From: Eledone cirrhosa
Taxonomy: Eukaryota
Reading direction: 5' to 3'
Assembly: GCA_964016885.1 (NCBI GenBank)
Contig: OZ024742.1
Location: 377,766,001-377,830,000 of the forward strand
DNA length: 64,000 nt
Part shown: positions 26,201 through 40,000 of the stretch, piece by piece
How positions within the stretch are numbered: the stretch's first letter is position 1
How the letters are laid out: every line of letters starts with the position of its first letter
Made by a program: the position numbers and the translations under genes
The notes under the pieces: generated by a model
What the model saw: only the letters and a program-made list of their open reading frames with translations
Databases searched by the model: none
What the model was told of the DNA's origin: nothing

Positions 26201-29200
26201 ACTAGAACATACTTCTACTTCTGTCACTTGTTAACCTATCTCTACAGATGACTAGAACATAATTCTACTTCTGTCACTTGTTAAACTATCTCTACAGAAG
26301 ACTTGAACGTAGAACATATTTCTACTTCTGTCACTTGTTAAACTACCTCTACAGAAGACTAAATCATATTTCTACTTCTGTCACTTGTTAAACTATCTCT
26401 ACAGAAGACTAAAACATATTTCTACTTCTGTCACTTGTTAAACTATCTCTACAGAAGACTAGAACATATTTCTACTTCTTTCACTTGTTAAACTATCTCT
26501 ACAGAAGACTAGAACATAATTCTACTTCTTTCACTTGTTAAACTATCTCTACAGAAGACTAGAACATAATCCTACTTCTGTCACTTGTTAAACTATCTCT
26601 ACAGAAGACTAGAACATAGAACATATTTCTACTTCTGTTACTTGTTACACTATCTCTACAGAAGACTAGAACATGATTCTACTACTCTCACTTGTTAAAC
26701 TACCTCTACAGAAGACAAGAACATATTTCTACTTCTGTCACTTGTTAAACTACCTCAACAGAAGAATAGAACACATTTCTACTTCTGTCACTTGTTAAAC
26801 TATCTCTAAAGAAGACTAGAACATATTTCTACTTCTGTCACATGTTAAACTATCTCTGCAGATGACTAGAACATATTTCTACTCCTGTCACTCGTTAAAT
26901 TATCTCTACAGAACACTAGAAAATAATTCTACTTCTTTCACATGTTAAACTATCTCTACAGAAGACTAGAACATAATTCTACTTCTTTCACATGTTAAAC
27001 CATCTCTACAGAAGACTAGAACATAATTCTACTTCTGTCACTTGTTAAACTATCTCTACAGAAGGCTAGAACATAATTCTACTTCTTTCACATGTTAAAC
27101 TATATCTACAGAAGACTGGAACATAATTCTACTTCTGTCACTTGTTAACCTATCTCTACAGATGACTAGAACATAATTCTACTTCTTTCACTTGTTAAAC
27201 TATCTCTACAGAAGACTAGAACATATTTCTACTATTGTCACATGTTAACCTATCTCTACAGAAGACTAGAACATAATTCTACTTCTGTCACATGTTAAAC
27301 TATCTCTACAGAAGACTAGAACATATTTCTACTTCTGTCACTTGTTAAACTATCTCTACAGAAGACTAGAACATATTTCTAAATCTGTCACTTGTTAAAC
27401 TATCTCTACAGAAGACTAGAACATATTTCTATTTCTGTCACTTGTTAAACTATCTCTACAGAAGACTAGAACGTAGAACATATTTCTACTTCTGTCACTT
27501 GTTAAACTACCTCTACAGAAGACTAAATCATATTTCTATTTCTGTCACTTGTTAAACTATCTCTACAGAAGACAAAACATAATTCTACTACTTTCACTTG
27601 TTAAACTATCTCTACAGAAGACTAGAACATAGAACATATTTCTACTTCTGTCACTTGTTAAACTATCTCTACAGAAGACTAAAACATATTTCTACTTCTG
27701 TCACTTGTTAAACTATCTCTACAGAAGACTAGAACATAATTCTACTTCTCTCACTTGTTAAACTATCTCTACAGAAGACTAGAACATAATTCCACTTCTG
27801 TAACTTGTTAAACCATCTCTACAGAATACTAGAACTTATTTCTACTTCTGTCACATGATAAACTATCTCTACAGAAGACTAGAACATATTTCTAGTTCTG
27901 TCACTTGTTAAACTATCTCTACAGAAGACTAGAACATATTTCTACTTCTGTCACTTGTTAAACTATCTCTACAGAAGACTAGAACATAATTCTACTTCTG
28001 TCACTTGTTAAACTATCTCTACAGAAGACTAGAACATAATTCCACTTCTTTCACTTGTTAAACTATCTCTACAGAAGACTAGAACATAATTCTACTTCTT
28101 TCACTTGTTAATCTATCTCTACAGAAGACTAGAACATAATTCTACTTCTGTCACTTGTTAAACTATCTCTACAGAAGACTAAAACATATTTCTACTTCTG
28201 TCACATGTTAAACTATCTCTACAGAAGACTAGAACATATTTCTACTTCTTTCACTTGTTAAACTATCTCTACAGAAGACTAGAACATAATTCTACTTCTT
28301 TCACTTGTTAAACTATCTCTACAGAAGACTAGAACATAATCCTACTTCTGTCACTTGTTAAACTATCTCTACAGAAGACTAGAACATAGAGCATATTTCT
28401 ACTTCTGTTACTTGTTACACTATCTCTACAGAAGACTAGAACATGATTCTACTACTCTCACTTGTTAAACTACCTCTACAGAAGACAAGAACATATTTCT
28501 ACTTCTGTCACTTGTTAAACTACCTCAACAGAAGAATAGAACACATTTCTACTTCTGTCACTTGTTAAACTATCTCTAAAGAAGACTAGAACATATTTCT
28601 ACTTCTGTCACATGTTAAACTATCTCTGCAGAAGACTAGAACATATTTCTACTCCTGTCACTCGTTAAATTATCTCTACAGAACACTAGAAAATAATTCT
28701 ACTTCTTTCACATGTTAAACTATCTCTACAGAAGACTAGAACATAATTCTACTTCTTTCACATGTTAAACCATCTCTACAGAAGACTAGAACATAATTCT
28801 ACTTCTGTCACTTGTTAAACTATCTCTACAGAAGGCTAGAACATAATTCTACTTCTTTCACATGTTAAACTATATCTACAGAAGACTAGAACATAATTCT
28901 ACTTCTGTCACTTGTTAACCTATCTCTACAGATGACTAGAACATAATTCTACTTCTTTCACTTGTTAAACTATCTCTACAGAAGACTAGAACATATTTCT
29001 ACTATTGTCACATGTTAACCTATCTCTACAGAAGACTAGAACATAATTCTACTTCTGTCACATGTTAAACTATCTCTACAGAAGACTAGAACATATTTCT
29101 ACTTCTGTCACTTGTTAAACTATCTCTACAGAAGACTAGAACATATTTCTAAATCTGTCACTTGTTAAACTATCTCTACAGAAGACTAGAACATATTTCT

Positions 29201-32200
29201 ACTTCTGTCACTTGTTAAACTATCTCTACAGAAGACTAGAACGTAGAACATATTTCTACTTCTGTCACTTGTTAAACTACCTCTACAGAAGACTAAATCA
29301 TATTTCTATTTCTGTCACTTGTTAAACTATCTCTACAGAAGACAAAACATAATTCTACTACTTTCACTTGTTAAACTATCTCTACAGAAGACTAGAACAT
29401 AATTCTACTTCTTTCACTTGTTAAACTATCTCTACAGAAGACTAGAACATAATTCTACTTCTTTCACTTGTTAAACTATCTCTACAGAAGACTAGAACAT
29501 AGAACATATTTCTACTTCTGTCACTTGTTAAACTATCTCTACAGAAGACTAAAACATATTTCTACTTCTGTCACTTGTTAAACTATCTCTACAGAAGACT
29601 AGAACATAATTCTACTTCTCTCACTTGTTAAACTATCTCTACAGAAGACTAGAACATAATTCCACTTCTGTAACTTGTTAAACTATCTCTACAGAATACT
29701 AGAACTTATTTCTACTTCTGTCACATGATAAACTATCTCTACAGAAGACTAGAACATATTTCTAGTTCTGTCACTTGTTAAACTATCTCTACAGAAGACT
29801 AGAACATATTTCTACTTCTGTCACTTGTTAAACTATCTCTACAGAAGACTAGAACATAATTGTACTTCTGTCACTTGTTAAACTATCTCTACAGAAGACT
29901 AGAACATAATTCTACTTCTTTCACTTGTTAAACTATCTCTACAGAAGACTAGAACATAATTCTACTTCTTTCACTTGTTAATCTAACTCTACAGAAGACT
30001 AGAACATAATTCTACATCTGTCACTTGTTAAACTATCTCTACAGAAGACTAGAACATAATTCTACTTCTGTCACTTGTTAAACTATCTCTACAGAAGACT
30101 AGAACTAATTTCTACTTCTGTCAGTTGTTAAACTATCACTAAAGAAGACTTGAACATATTTCTACTTCGGTCACTTGTTAAACTATCTCTACAGAAGACT
30201 AGAACATAGAACATATTTCTGCTTCTGTCACTTGTTAAAGTATCTCTACAGAAGACTAGGACATATTACTACTTCTGTCACTTGTTAAACTATCTCTACA
30301 AAAGACTAGAACATATTTCTACTACTGTCCCTTGTTAAACTCGCTCTACAGAAGACTAGAACATATTTCTACTACTGTCCCTTGTTAAACTATCTCTACA
30401 GAAGACTAGTACATATTTCTACTTCTGTCACTTGTTAAACTATCTCTACAGAAGACTAGAACGTAGAACATATTTCTACTTCTGTCACTTGTTAAACTAC
30501 CTCTACAGAAGACTAAATCATATTTCTACTTCTGTCACTTGTTAAACTATCTCTACAGAAGACTAGAACATGATTCTACTTCTGTCACTTGTTAAACTAT
30601 CTCTACAGAAGACTAGAACTAATTTCTACTTCTGTCAGTTGTTAAACTATCACTAAAGAAGACTTGAACATATTTCTACTTCTGTCACTTGTTAAACTAT
30701 CACTACAGAAGACTAGAACATAGAACATATTTCTGCTTCTGTCACTTGTTAAAGTATCTCTACAGAAGACTAGGACATATTACTACTTCTGTCACTTGTT
30801 AAACTATCTCTACAAAAGACTAGAACATATTTCTACTACTGTCCCTTGTTAAACTCGCTCTACAGAAGACTAGAACATATTTTTACTACTGTCCCTTGTT
30901 AAACTATCTCTACAGAAGACTAGAACATATTTCTACTTCTGTCACTTGTTAAACTATCTCTACAGAAGACTAGAACGTAGAACATATTTCTACTTCTGTC
31001 ACTTGTTAAACTACCTCTACAGAAGACTAAATCATATTTCTACTTCTGTCACTTGTTAAACTATCTCTACAGAAGACTAGAACATGATTCTACTACTCTC
31101 ACTTGTTAAACTACCTCTACAGAAGACAAGAACATATTTCTACTTCTGTCACTTGTTAAACTACCTCAACAGAAGAATAGAACACATTTCTACTTCTGTC
31201 ACTTGTTAAACTATCTCTAAAGAAGACTAGAACATATTTCTACTTCTGTCACATGTTAAACTATCTCTGCAGAAGACTAGAACATATTTCTACTCCTGTC
31301 ACTCGTTAAATTATCTCTACAGAACACTAGAAAATAATTCTACTTCTTTCACATGTTAAACTATCTCTACAGAAGACTAGAACATAATTCTACTTCTTTC
31401 ACATGTTAAACCATCTCTACAGAAGACTAGAACATAATTCTACTTCTGTCACTTGTTAAACTATCTCTACAGAACGCTAGAACATAATTCTACTTCTTTC
31501 ACATGTTAAACTATATCTACAGAGGACTAGAACATAATTCTACTTCTGTCACTTGTTAACCTATCTCTACAGATGACTAGAACATAATTCTACTTCTGTC
31601 ACTTGTTAAACTATCTCTACAGAAGACTTGAACGTAGAACATATTTCTACTTCTGTCACTTGTTAAACTACCTCTACAGAAGACTAAATCATATTTCTAC
31701 TTCTGTCACATGTTAAACTATCTCTACAGAAGACTAAAACATATTTCTACTTCTGTCACTTGTTAAACTATCTCTACAGAAGACTAGAACATATTTCTAC
31801 TTCTTTCACTTGTTAAACTATCTCTACAGAAGACTAGAACATAATTCTACTTCTTTCACTTGTTAAACTATCTCTACAGAAGACTAGAACATAATCCTAC
31901 TTCTGTCACTTGTTAAACTATCTTTACAGAAGACTAGAACATAGAACATATTTCTACTTCTGTTACTTGTTACACTATCTCTACAGAAGACTAGAACATG
32001 ATTCTACTACTCTCACTTGTTAAACTACCTCTACAGAAGACAAGAACATATTTCTACTTCTGTCACTTGTTAAACTACCTCAACAGAAGAATAGAACACA
32101 TTTCTACTTCTGTCACTTGTTAAACTATCTCTAAAGAAGACTAGAACATATTTCTACTTCTGTCACATGTTAAACTATCTCTGCAGATGACTAGAACATA

Positions 32201-32820
32201 TTTCTACTCCTGTCACTCGTTAAATTATCTCTACAGAACACTAGAAAATAATTCTACTTCTTTCACATGTTAAACTATCTCTACAGAAGACTAGAACATA
32301 ATTCTACTTCTTTCACATGTTAAACCATCTCTACAGAAGACTAGAACATAATTCTACTTCTGTCACTTGTTAAACTATCTCTACAGAAGGCTAGAACATA
32401 ATTCTACTTCTTTCACATGTTAAACTATATCTACAGAAGACTAGAATATAATTCTACTTCTGTCACTTGTTAACCTATCTCTACAGATGACTAGAACATA
32501 ATTCTACTTCTTTCACTTGTTAAACTATCTCTACAGAAGACTAGAACATATTTCTACTATTGTCACATGTTAACCTATCTCTACAGAAGACTAGAACATA
32601 ATTCTACTTCTGCCACATGTTAAACTATCTCTACAGAAGACTAGAACATATTTCTACTTCTGTCACTTGTTAAACTATCTCTACAGAAGACTAGAACATA
32701 TTTCTAAATCTGTCACTTGTTAAACTATCTCTACAGAAGACTAGAACATATTTCTACTTCTGTCACTTGTTAAACTATCTCTACAGAAGACTAGAACGTA
32801 GAACATATTTCTACTTCTGT
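17280..32820. repeat. ~5.32-kb higher-order repeat (about 105 monomers), about 3 tandem copies
   Basis: Markers repeat at +5318 then +5325: ctcaac 17881/23199/28524, 20522/25840/31165, 21436/26754/32079; cagttg 19479/24797/30122 and 19993/25311/30636. Confidence 0.92.
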
Positions 32821-35800
32821 CACTTGTTAAACTATCTCTACAGAAGACTAGAACATAATTCTACTTCTTTCACTTGTTAAACTATCTCTACAGAAGACTA
32901 GAACATAGAACATATTTCTACTTCTGTCACTTGTTAAACTATCTCTACAGAAGACTAAAACATATTTCTACTTCTGTCACTTGTTAAACTATCTCTACAG
33001 AAGACTAGAACATAATTCTACTTCTCTCACTTGTTAAACTATCTCTACAGAAGACTAGAACATAATTCCACTTCTGTAACTTGTTAAACTATCTCTACAG
33101 AATACTAGAACTTATTTCTACTTCTGTCACATGATAAACTATCTCTACAGAAGACTAGAACATATTTCTAGTTCTGTCACTTGTTAAACTATCTCTACAG
33201 AAGACTAGAACATATTTCTACTTCTGTCACTTGTTAAACTATCTCTACAGAAGACTAGAACATAATTTTACTTCTGTCACTTGTTAAACTATCTCTACAG
33301 AAGACTAGAACATAATTCTACTTCTTTCACTTGTTAAACTATCTCTACAGAAGACTAGAACATAATTCTACTTCTTTCACTTGTTAATCTAACTCTACAG
33401 AAGACTAGAACATAATTCTACATCTGTCACTTGTTAAACTATCTCTACAGAAGACTAGAACATAATTCTACTTCTGTCACTTGTTAAACTATCTCTACAG
33501 AAGACTAGAACTAATTTCTACTTCTGTCAGTTGTTAAACTATCACTAAAGAAGACTTGAACATATTTCTACTTCTGTCACTTGTTAAACTATCTCTACAG
33601 AAGACTAGAACATAGAACATATTTCTGCTTCTGTCACTTGTTAAAGTATCTCTACAGAAGACTAGGACATATTACTACTTCTGTCACTTGTTAAACTATC
33701 TCTACAAAAGACTAGAACATATTTCTACTACTGTCCCTTGTTAAACTCGCTCTACAGAAGACTAGAACATATTTCTACTACTGTCCCTTGTTAAACTATC
33801 TCTACAGAAGACTAGTACATATTTCTACTTCTGTCACTTGTTAAACTATCTCTACAGAAGACTAGAACGTAGAACATATTTCTACTTCTGTCACTTGTTA
33901 AACTACCTCTACAGAAGACTAAATCATATTTCTACTTCTGTCACTTGTTAAACTATCTCTACAGAAGACTAGAACATGATTCTACTTCTGTCACTTGTTA
34001 AACTATCTCTACAGAAGACTAGAACTAATTTCTACTTCTGTCAGTTGTTAAACTATCACTAAAGAAGACTTGAACATATTTCTACTTCTGTCACTTGTTA
34101 AACTATCTCTACAGAAGACTAGAACATAGAACATATTTCTGCTTCTGTCACTTGTTAAAGTATCTCTACAGAAGACTAGGACATATTACTACTTCTGTCA
34201 CTTGTTAAACTATCTCTACAAAAGACTAGAACATATTTCTACTACTGTCCCTTGTTAAACTCGCTCTACAGAAGACTAGAACATATTTTTACTACTGTCC
34301 CTTGTTAAACTATCTCTACAGAAGACTAGAACATATTTCTACTTCTGTCACTTGTTAAACTATCTCTACAGAAGACTAGAACGTAGAACATATTTCTACT
34401 TCTGTCACTTGTTAAACTACCTCTACAGAAGACTAAATCATATTTCTACTTCTGTCACTTGTTAAACTATCTCTACAGAAGACTAGAACATGATTCTACT
34501 ACTCTCACTTGTTAAACTACCTCTACAGAAGACAAGAACATATTTCTACTTCTGTCACTTGTTAAACTACCTCAACAGAAGAATAGAACACATTTCTACT
34601 TCTGTCACTTGTTAAACTATCTCTAAAGAAGACTAGAACATATTTCTACTTCTGTCACATGTTAAACTATCTCTGCAGAAGACTAGAACATATTTCTACT
34701 CCTGTCACTCGTTAAATTATCTCTACAGAACACTAGAAAATAATTCTACTTCTTTCACATGTTAAACTATCTCTACAGAAGACTAGAACATAATTCTACT
34801 TCTTTCACATGTTAAACCATCTCTACAGAAGACTAGAACATAATTCTACTTCTGTCACTTGTTAAACTATCTCTACAGAACGCTAGAACATAATTCTACT
34901 TCTTTCACATGTTAAACTATATCTACAGAGGACTAGAACATAATTCTACTTCTGTCACTTGTTAACCTATCTCTACAGATGACTAGAACATAATTCTACT
35001 TCTGTCACTTGTTAAACTATCTCTACAGAAGACTTGAACGTAGAACATATTTCTACTTCTGTCACTTGTTAAACTACCTCTACAGAAGACTAAATCATAT
35101 TTCTACTTCTGTCACATGTTAAACTATCTCTACAGAAGACTAAAACATATTTCTACTTCTGTCACTTGTTAAACTATCTCTACAGAAGACTAGAACATAT
35201 TTCTACTTCTTTCACTTGTTAAACTATCTCTACAGAAGACTAGAACATAATTCTACTTCTTTCACTTGTTAAACTATCTCTACAGAAGACTAGAACATAA
35301 TCCTACTTCTGTCACTTGTTAAACTATCTTTACAGAAGACTAGAACATAGAACATATTTCTACTTCTGTTACTTGTTACACTATCTCTACAGAAGACTAG
35401 AACATGATTCTACTACTCTCACTTGTTAAACTACCTCTACAGAAGACAAGAACATATTTCTACTTCTGTCACTTGTTAAACTACCTCAACAGAAGAATAG
35501 AACACATTTCTACTTCTGTCACTTGTTAAACTATCTCTAAAGAAGACTAGAACATATTTCTACTTCTGTCACATGTTAAACTATCTCTGCAGATGACTAG
35601 AACATATTTCTACTCCTGTCACTCGTTAAATTATCTCTACAGAACACTAGAAAATAATTCTACTTCTTTCACATGTTAAACTATCTCTACAGAAGACTAG
35701 AACATAATTCTACTTCTTTCACATGTTAAACCATCTCTACAGAAGACTAGAACATAATTCTACTTCTGTCACTTGTTAAACTATCTCTACAGAAGACTAG

Positions 35801-36170
35801 AATATAATTCTACTTCTGTCACTTGTTAACCTATCTCTACAGATGACTAGAACATAATTCTACTTCTTTCACTTGTTAAACTATCTCTACAGAAGACTAG
35901 AACATATTTCTACTATTGTCACATGTTAACCTATCTCTACAGAAGACTAGAACATAATTCTACTTCTGCCACATGTTAAACTATCTCTACAGAAGACTAG
36001 AACATATTTCTACTTCTGTCACTTGTTAAACTATCTCTACAGAAGACTAGAACATATTTCTAAATCTGTCACTTGTTAAACTATCTCTACAGAAGACTAG
36101 AACATATTTCTACTTCTGTCACTTGTTAAACTATCTCTACAGAAGACTAGAACGTAGAACATATTTCTAC
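29410..36170. repeat. 3406-bp tandem duplication of part of the third 5.32-kb unit
   Basis: Offset +3406: cagttg 30122/33528 and 30636/34042; ctcaac 31165/34571 and 32079/35485; private tctTtac 31924/35330. After a one-monomer loss the offset is +3356 (gaaTata 32447/35803; tgCcacat 32613/35969). Confidence 0.9.
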
Positions 36171-38229
36171 TTCTGTCACTTGTTAAACTACCTCTACAGA
36201 AGACTAAATCATATTTCTATTTCTGTCACTTGTTAAACTATCTCTACAGAAGACAAAACATAATTCTACTACTTTCACTTGTTAAACTATCTCTACAGAA
36301 GACTAGAACATAGAACATATTTCTACTTCTGTCACTTGTTAAACTATCTCTACAGAAGACTAAAACATATTTCTACTTCTGTCACTTGTTAAACTATCTC
36401 TACAGAAGACTAGAACATAATTCTACTTCTCTCACTTGTTAAACTATCTCTACAGAAGACTAGAACATAATTCCACTTCTGTAACTTGTTAAACCATCTC
36501 TACAGAATACTAGAACTTATTTCTACTTCTGTCACATGATAAACTATCTCTACAGAAGACTAGAACATATTTCTAGTTCTGTCACTTGTTAAACTATCTC
36601 TACAGAAGACTAGAACATATTTCTACTTCTGTCACTTGTTAAACTATCTCTACAGAAGACTAGAACATAATTCTATTTCTGTCACTTGTTAAACTATCTC
36701 TACAGAAGACTAGAACATAATTCTACTTCTTTCACTTGTTAAACTATCTCTACAGAAGACTAGAACATAATTCTACTTCTTTCACTTGTTAATCTATCTC
36801 TACAGAAGACTAGAACATAATTCTACTTCTGTCACTTGTTAAACTATCTCTACAGAAGACTAGAACATAATTCTACTTCTGTCACTTGTTAAACTATCTC
36901 TACAGAAGACTAGAACTAATTTCTACTTCTGTCAGTTGTTAAACTATCACTAAAGAAGACTTGAACATATTTCTACTTCTGTCACTTGTTAAACTATCTC
37001 TACAGAAGACTAGAACATAGAACATATTTCTGCTTCTGTCACTTGTTAAAGTATCTCTACAGAAGACTAGAACATATTACTACTTCTGTCACTTGTTAAA
37101 CTATCTCTACAAAAGACTAGAACATATTCCTACTACTTCCCTTGTTAAACTCGCTCTACAGAAGACTAGAACATATTTCTACTACTGTCCCTTGTTAAAC
37201 TATCTCTACAGAAGACTAGAACATATTTCTACTTCTGTCACTTGTTAAACTATCTCTACAGAAGACTAGAACATAGAACATATTTCTACTTCTGTCACTT
37301 GTTAAACTATCTCTACAGAAGACTAGAACATATTTCTACTTCTGTCACTTGTTAAACTATCTCTACAGAAGACTAGAACGTAGAACATATTTCTACTTCT
37401 GTCACTTGTTAAACTACCTCTACAGAAGACTAAATCATATTTCTACTTCTGTCACTTGTTAAACTATCTCTACAGAAGACAAAACATAATTCTACTACTT
37501 TCACTTGTTAAACTATCTCTACAGAAGACTAGAACATAATTCTACTTCTTTAACTTGTTAAACTATCTCTACAGAAGACTAGAACATAATTCTACTTCTG
37601 TCACTTGTTAAACTATCTCTACAGAAGACTAGAACATAATTCTACTTCTTTCACATGTTAAACTATCTCTACAGAAGACTAGAACATAGAACATATTTCT
37701 ACTTCTGTCACTTGTTAAACTATCTCTACAGAAGACTAGAACATATTCCTACTTCTGTCACTTGTTAAACTATCTCTACAGAAGACTAGAACATATTTCT
37801 ACTTCTGTCACTTGTTAAACTATCTCTACAGAAGACTAGAACATAACTCTACTTCTGTCACTTGTTAAACTATCTCTACAGAAGACTAGAACATAATTCT
37901 ACTTCTTTCACTTGTTAAACTATCTCTACAGAAGACTAGAACATAATTCTACTTCTTTCACTTGTTAATCTATCTCTACAGAAGACTAGAACATAATTCT
38001 ACTTCTGTCACTTGTTAAACTATCTCTACAGAAGACTAAAACATATTTCTACTTCTGTCACTTGTTAAACTATCTCTACAGAAGACTAGAACATATTTCT
38101 ACTTCTTTCACTTGTTAAACTATCTCTACAGAAGACTAGAACATAATTCTACTTCTTTCACTTGTTAAACTATCTCTACAGAAGACTAGAACATAATCCT
38201 ACTTCTGTCACTTGTTAAACTATCTCTAC

Positions 38230-40000
38230 AGAAGACTAGAACATAGAACATATTTCTACTTCTGTCACTTGTTAAACTATCTCTACAGAAGACTAAAACA
38301 TATTTCTACTTATGTCACTTGTTAAACTATCTCTACAGAAGACTAGAACATAATTCTACTTCTTTCACTTGTTAAACTATCTCTACAGAAGACTAGAACA
38401 TAATTCTTCTTCTTTCACTTGTTAAACTATCTCTACAGAAGACTAGAACATAATTCTACTTCTGTCACTTGTTAAACTATCTCTACAGAAGACTATAACA
38501 TAATTCTACTTCTTTCACATGTTAAACCATCTCTACAGAAGACTAGAACATATTTCTACTATTGTCACTTGTTAACTTATCTCTACAGAAGACTAGAACA
38601 TAACTCTACTTCTTTCACTTGTTAAACTATCTCTACAGAAGACTAGAACATAATTCTACTTCTTTCACTTGTTAAACTATCTCTACAGAAGACTAGAACA
38701 TAATTCTACTTCTGTCACTTGTTAAACTATCTCTACAGAAGGCTAGAACATAATTCTACTTCTTTCACTTGTTAAACTATCTCTACACAAGACTAGAACA
38801 TAATTCTACTCCTGTCACTCGTTAAATTATCTCTACAGAAGACTAGAAAATAATTCTACTTCTATCACATGTTCAACTATCTCTACAGAAGACTAGAACA
38901 TAATTCTACTTCTTTCACATGTTAAACTATCTCTACAGATGACTAGAACATAATTCTACTTCTTTCACATGTTAAACTATCTCTACAGAAGACTAGAACA
39001 TAATTCTACTTCTGTCACTTGTTAACCTATCTCTACAGATGACTAGAACATAATTCTACTTCTGTCACTTGTTAAACTATCTCTACAGAAGACTAGAACA
39101 TATTTCTACTTCTTTCACTTGTTAAACTATCTCTACAGAAGACTAGAACATAGAACATATTTCTACTTCTGTAACTTGTTAAACTATCTCTACAGAAGAC
39201 TAAAACATATTTCTACTTATGTCACTTGTTAAACTATCTCTACAGAAGACTAGAACATAATTCTACTTCTTTCACTTGTTAAACTATCTCTACAGAAGAC
39301 TAGAACATAATTCTTGTTCTTTCACTTGTTAAACTATCTCTACAGAAGACTAGAACATAATTCTACTTCTGTCACTTGTTAAACTATCTCTACAGAAGAC
39401 TATAACATAATTCTACTTCTTTCACATGTTAAACCATCTCTACAGAAGACTAGAACATATTTCTACTATTGTCACTTGTTAACTTATCTCTACAGAAGAC
39501 TAGAACATAATTCTACTTCTTTCACTTGTTAAACTATCTCTACAGAAGACTAGAACATAATTCTACTTCTTTCACTTGTTAAACTATCTCTACAGAAGAC
39601 TAGAACATAATTCTACTTCTGTCACTTGTTAAACTATCTCTACAGAAGGCTAGAACATAATTCTACTTCTTTCACTTGTTAAACTATCTCTACAGAAGAC
39701 TAGAACATAATTCTACTCCTGTCACTCGTTAAATTATCTCTACAGAAGACTAGAAAATAATTCTACTTCTATCACATGTTAAACTATCTCTACAGAAGAC
39801 TAGAACATAATTCTACTTCTTTCACATGTTAAACTATCTCTACAGATGACTAGAACATAATTCTACTTCTTTCACATGTTAAACTATCTCTACAGAAGAC
39901 TAGAACATAATTCTACTTCTGTCACTTGTTAACCTATCTCTACAGATTACTAGAACATAATTCTACTTCTTTCACTTGTTAAACTATCTCTACAGAAGAC
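38230..40000. repeat. 907-bp (18-monomer) tandem duplication
   Basis: acttAtgt 38312/39219 and gactaTaac 38496/39403 are at +907. The gttaactt and ctatcacat variants also repeat in the same order. Confidence 0.85.
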
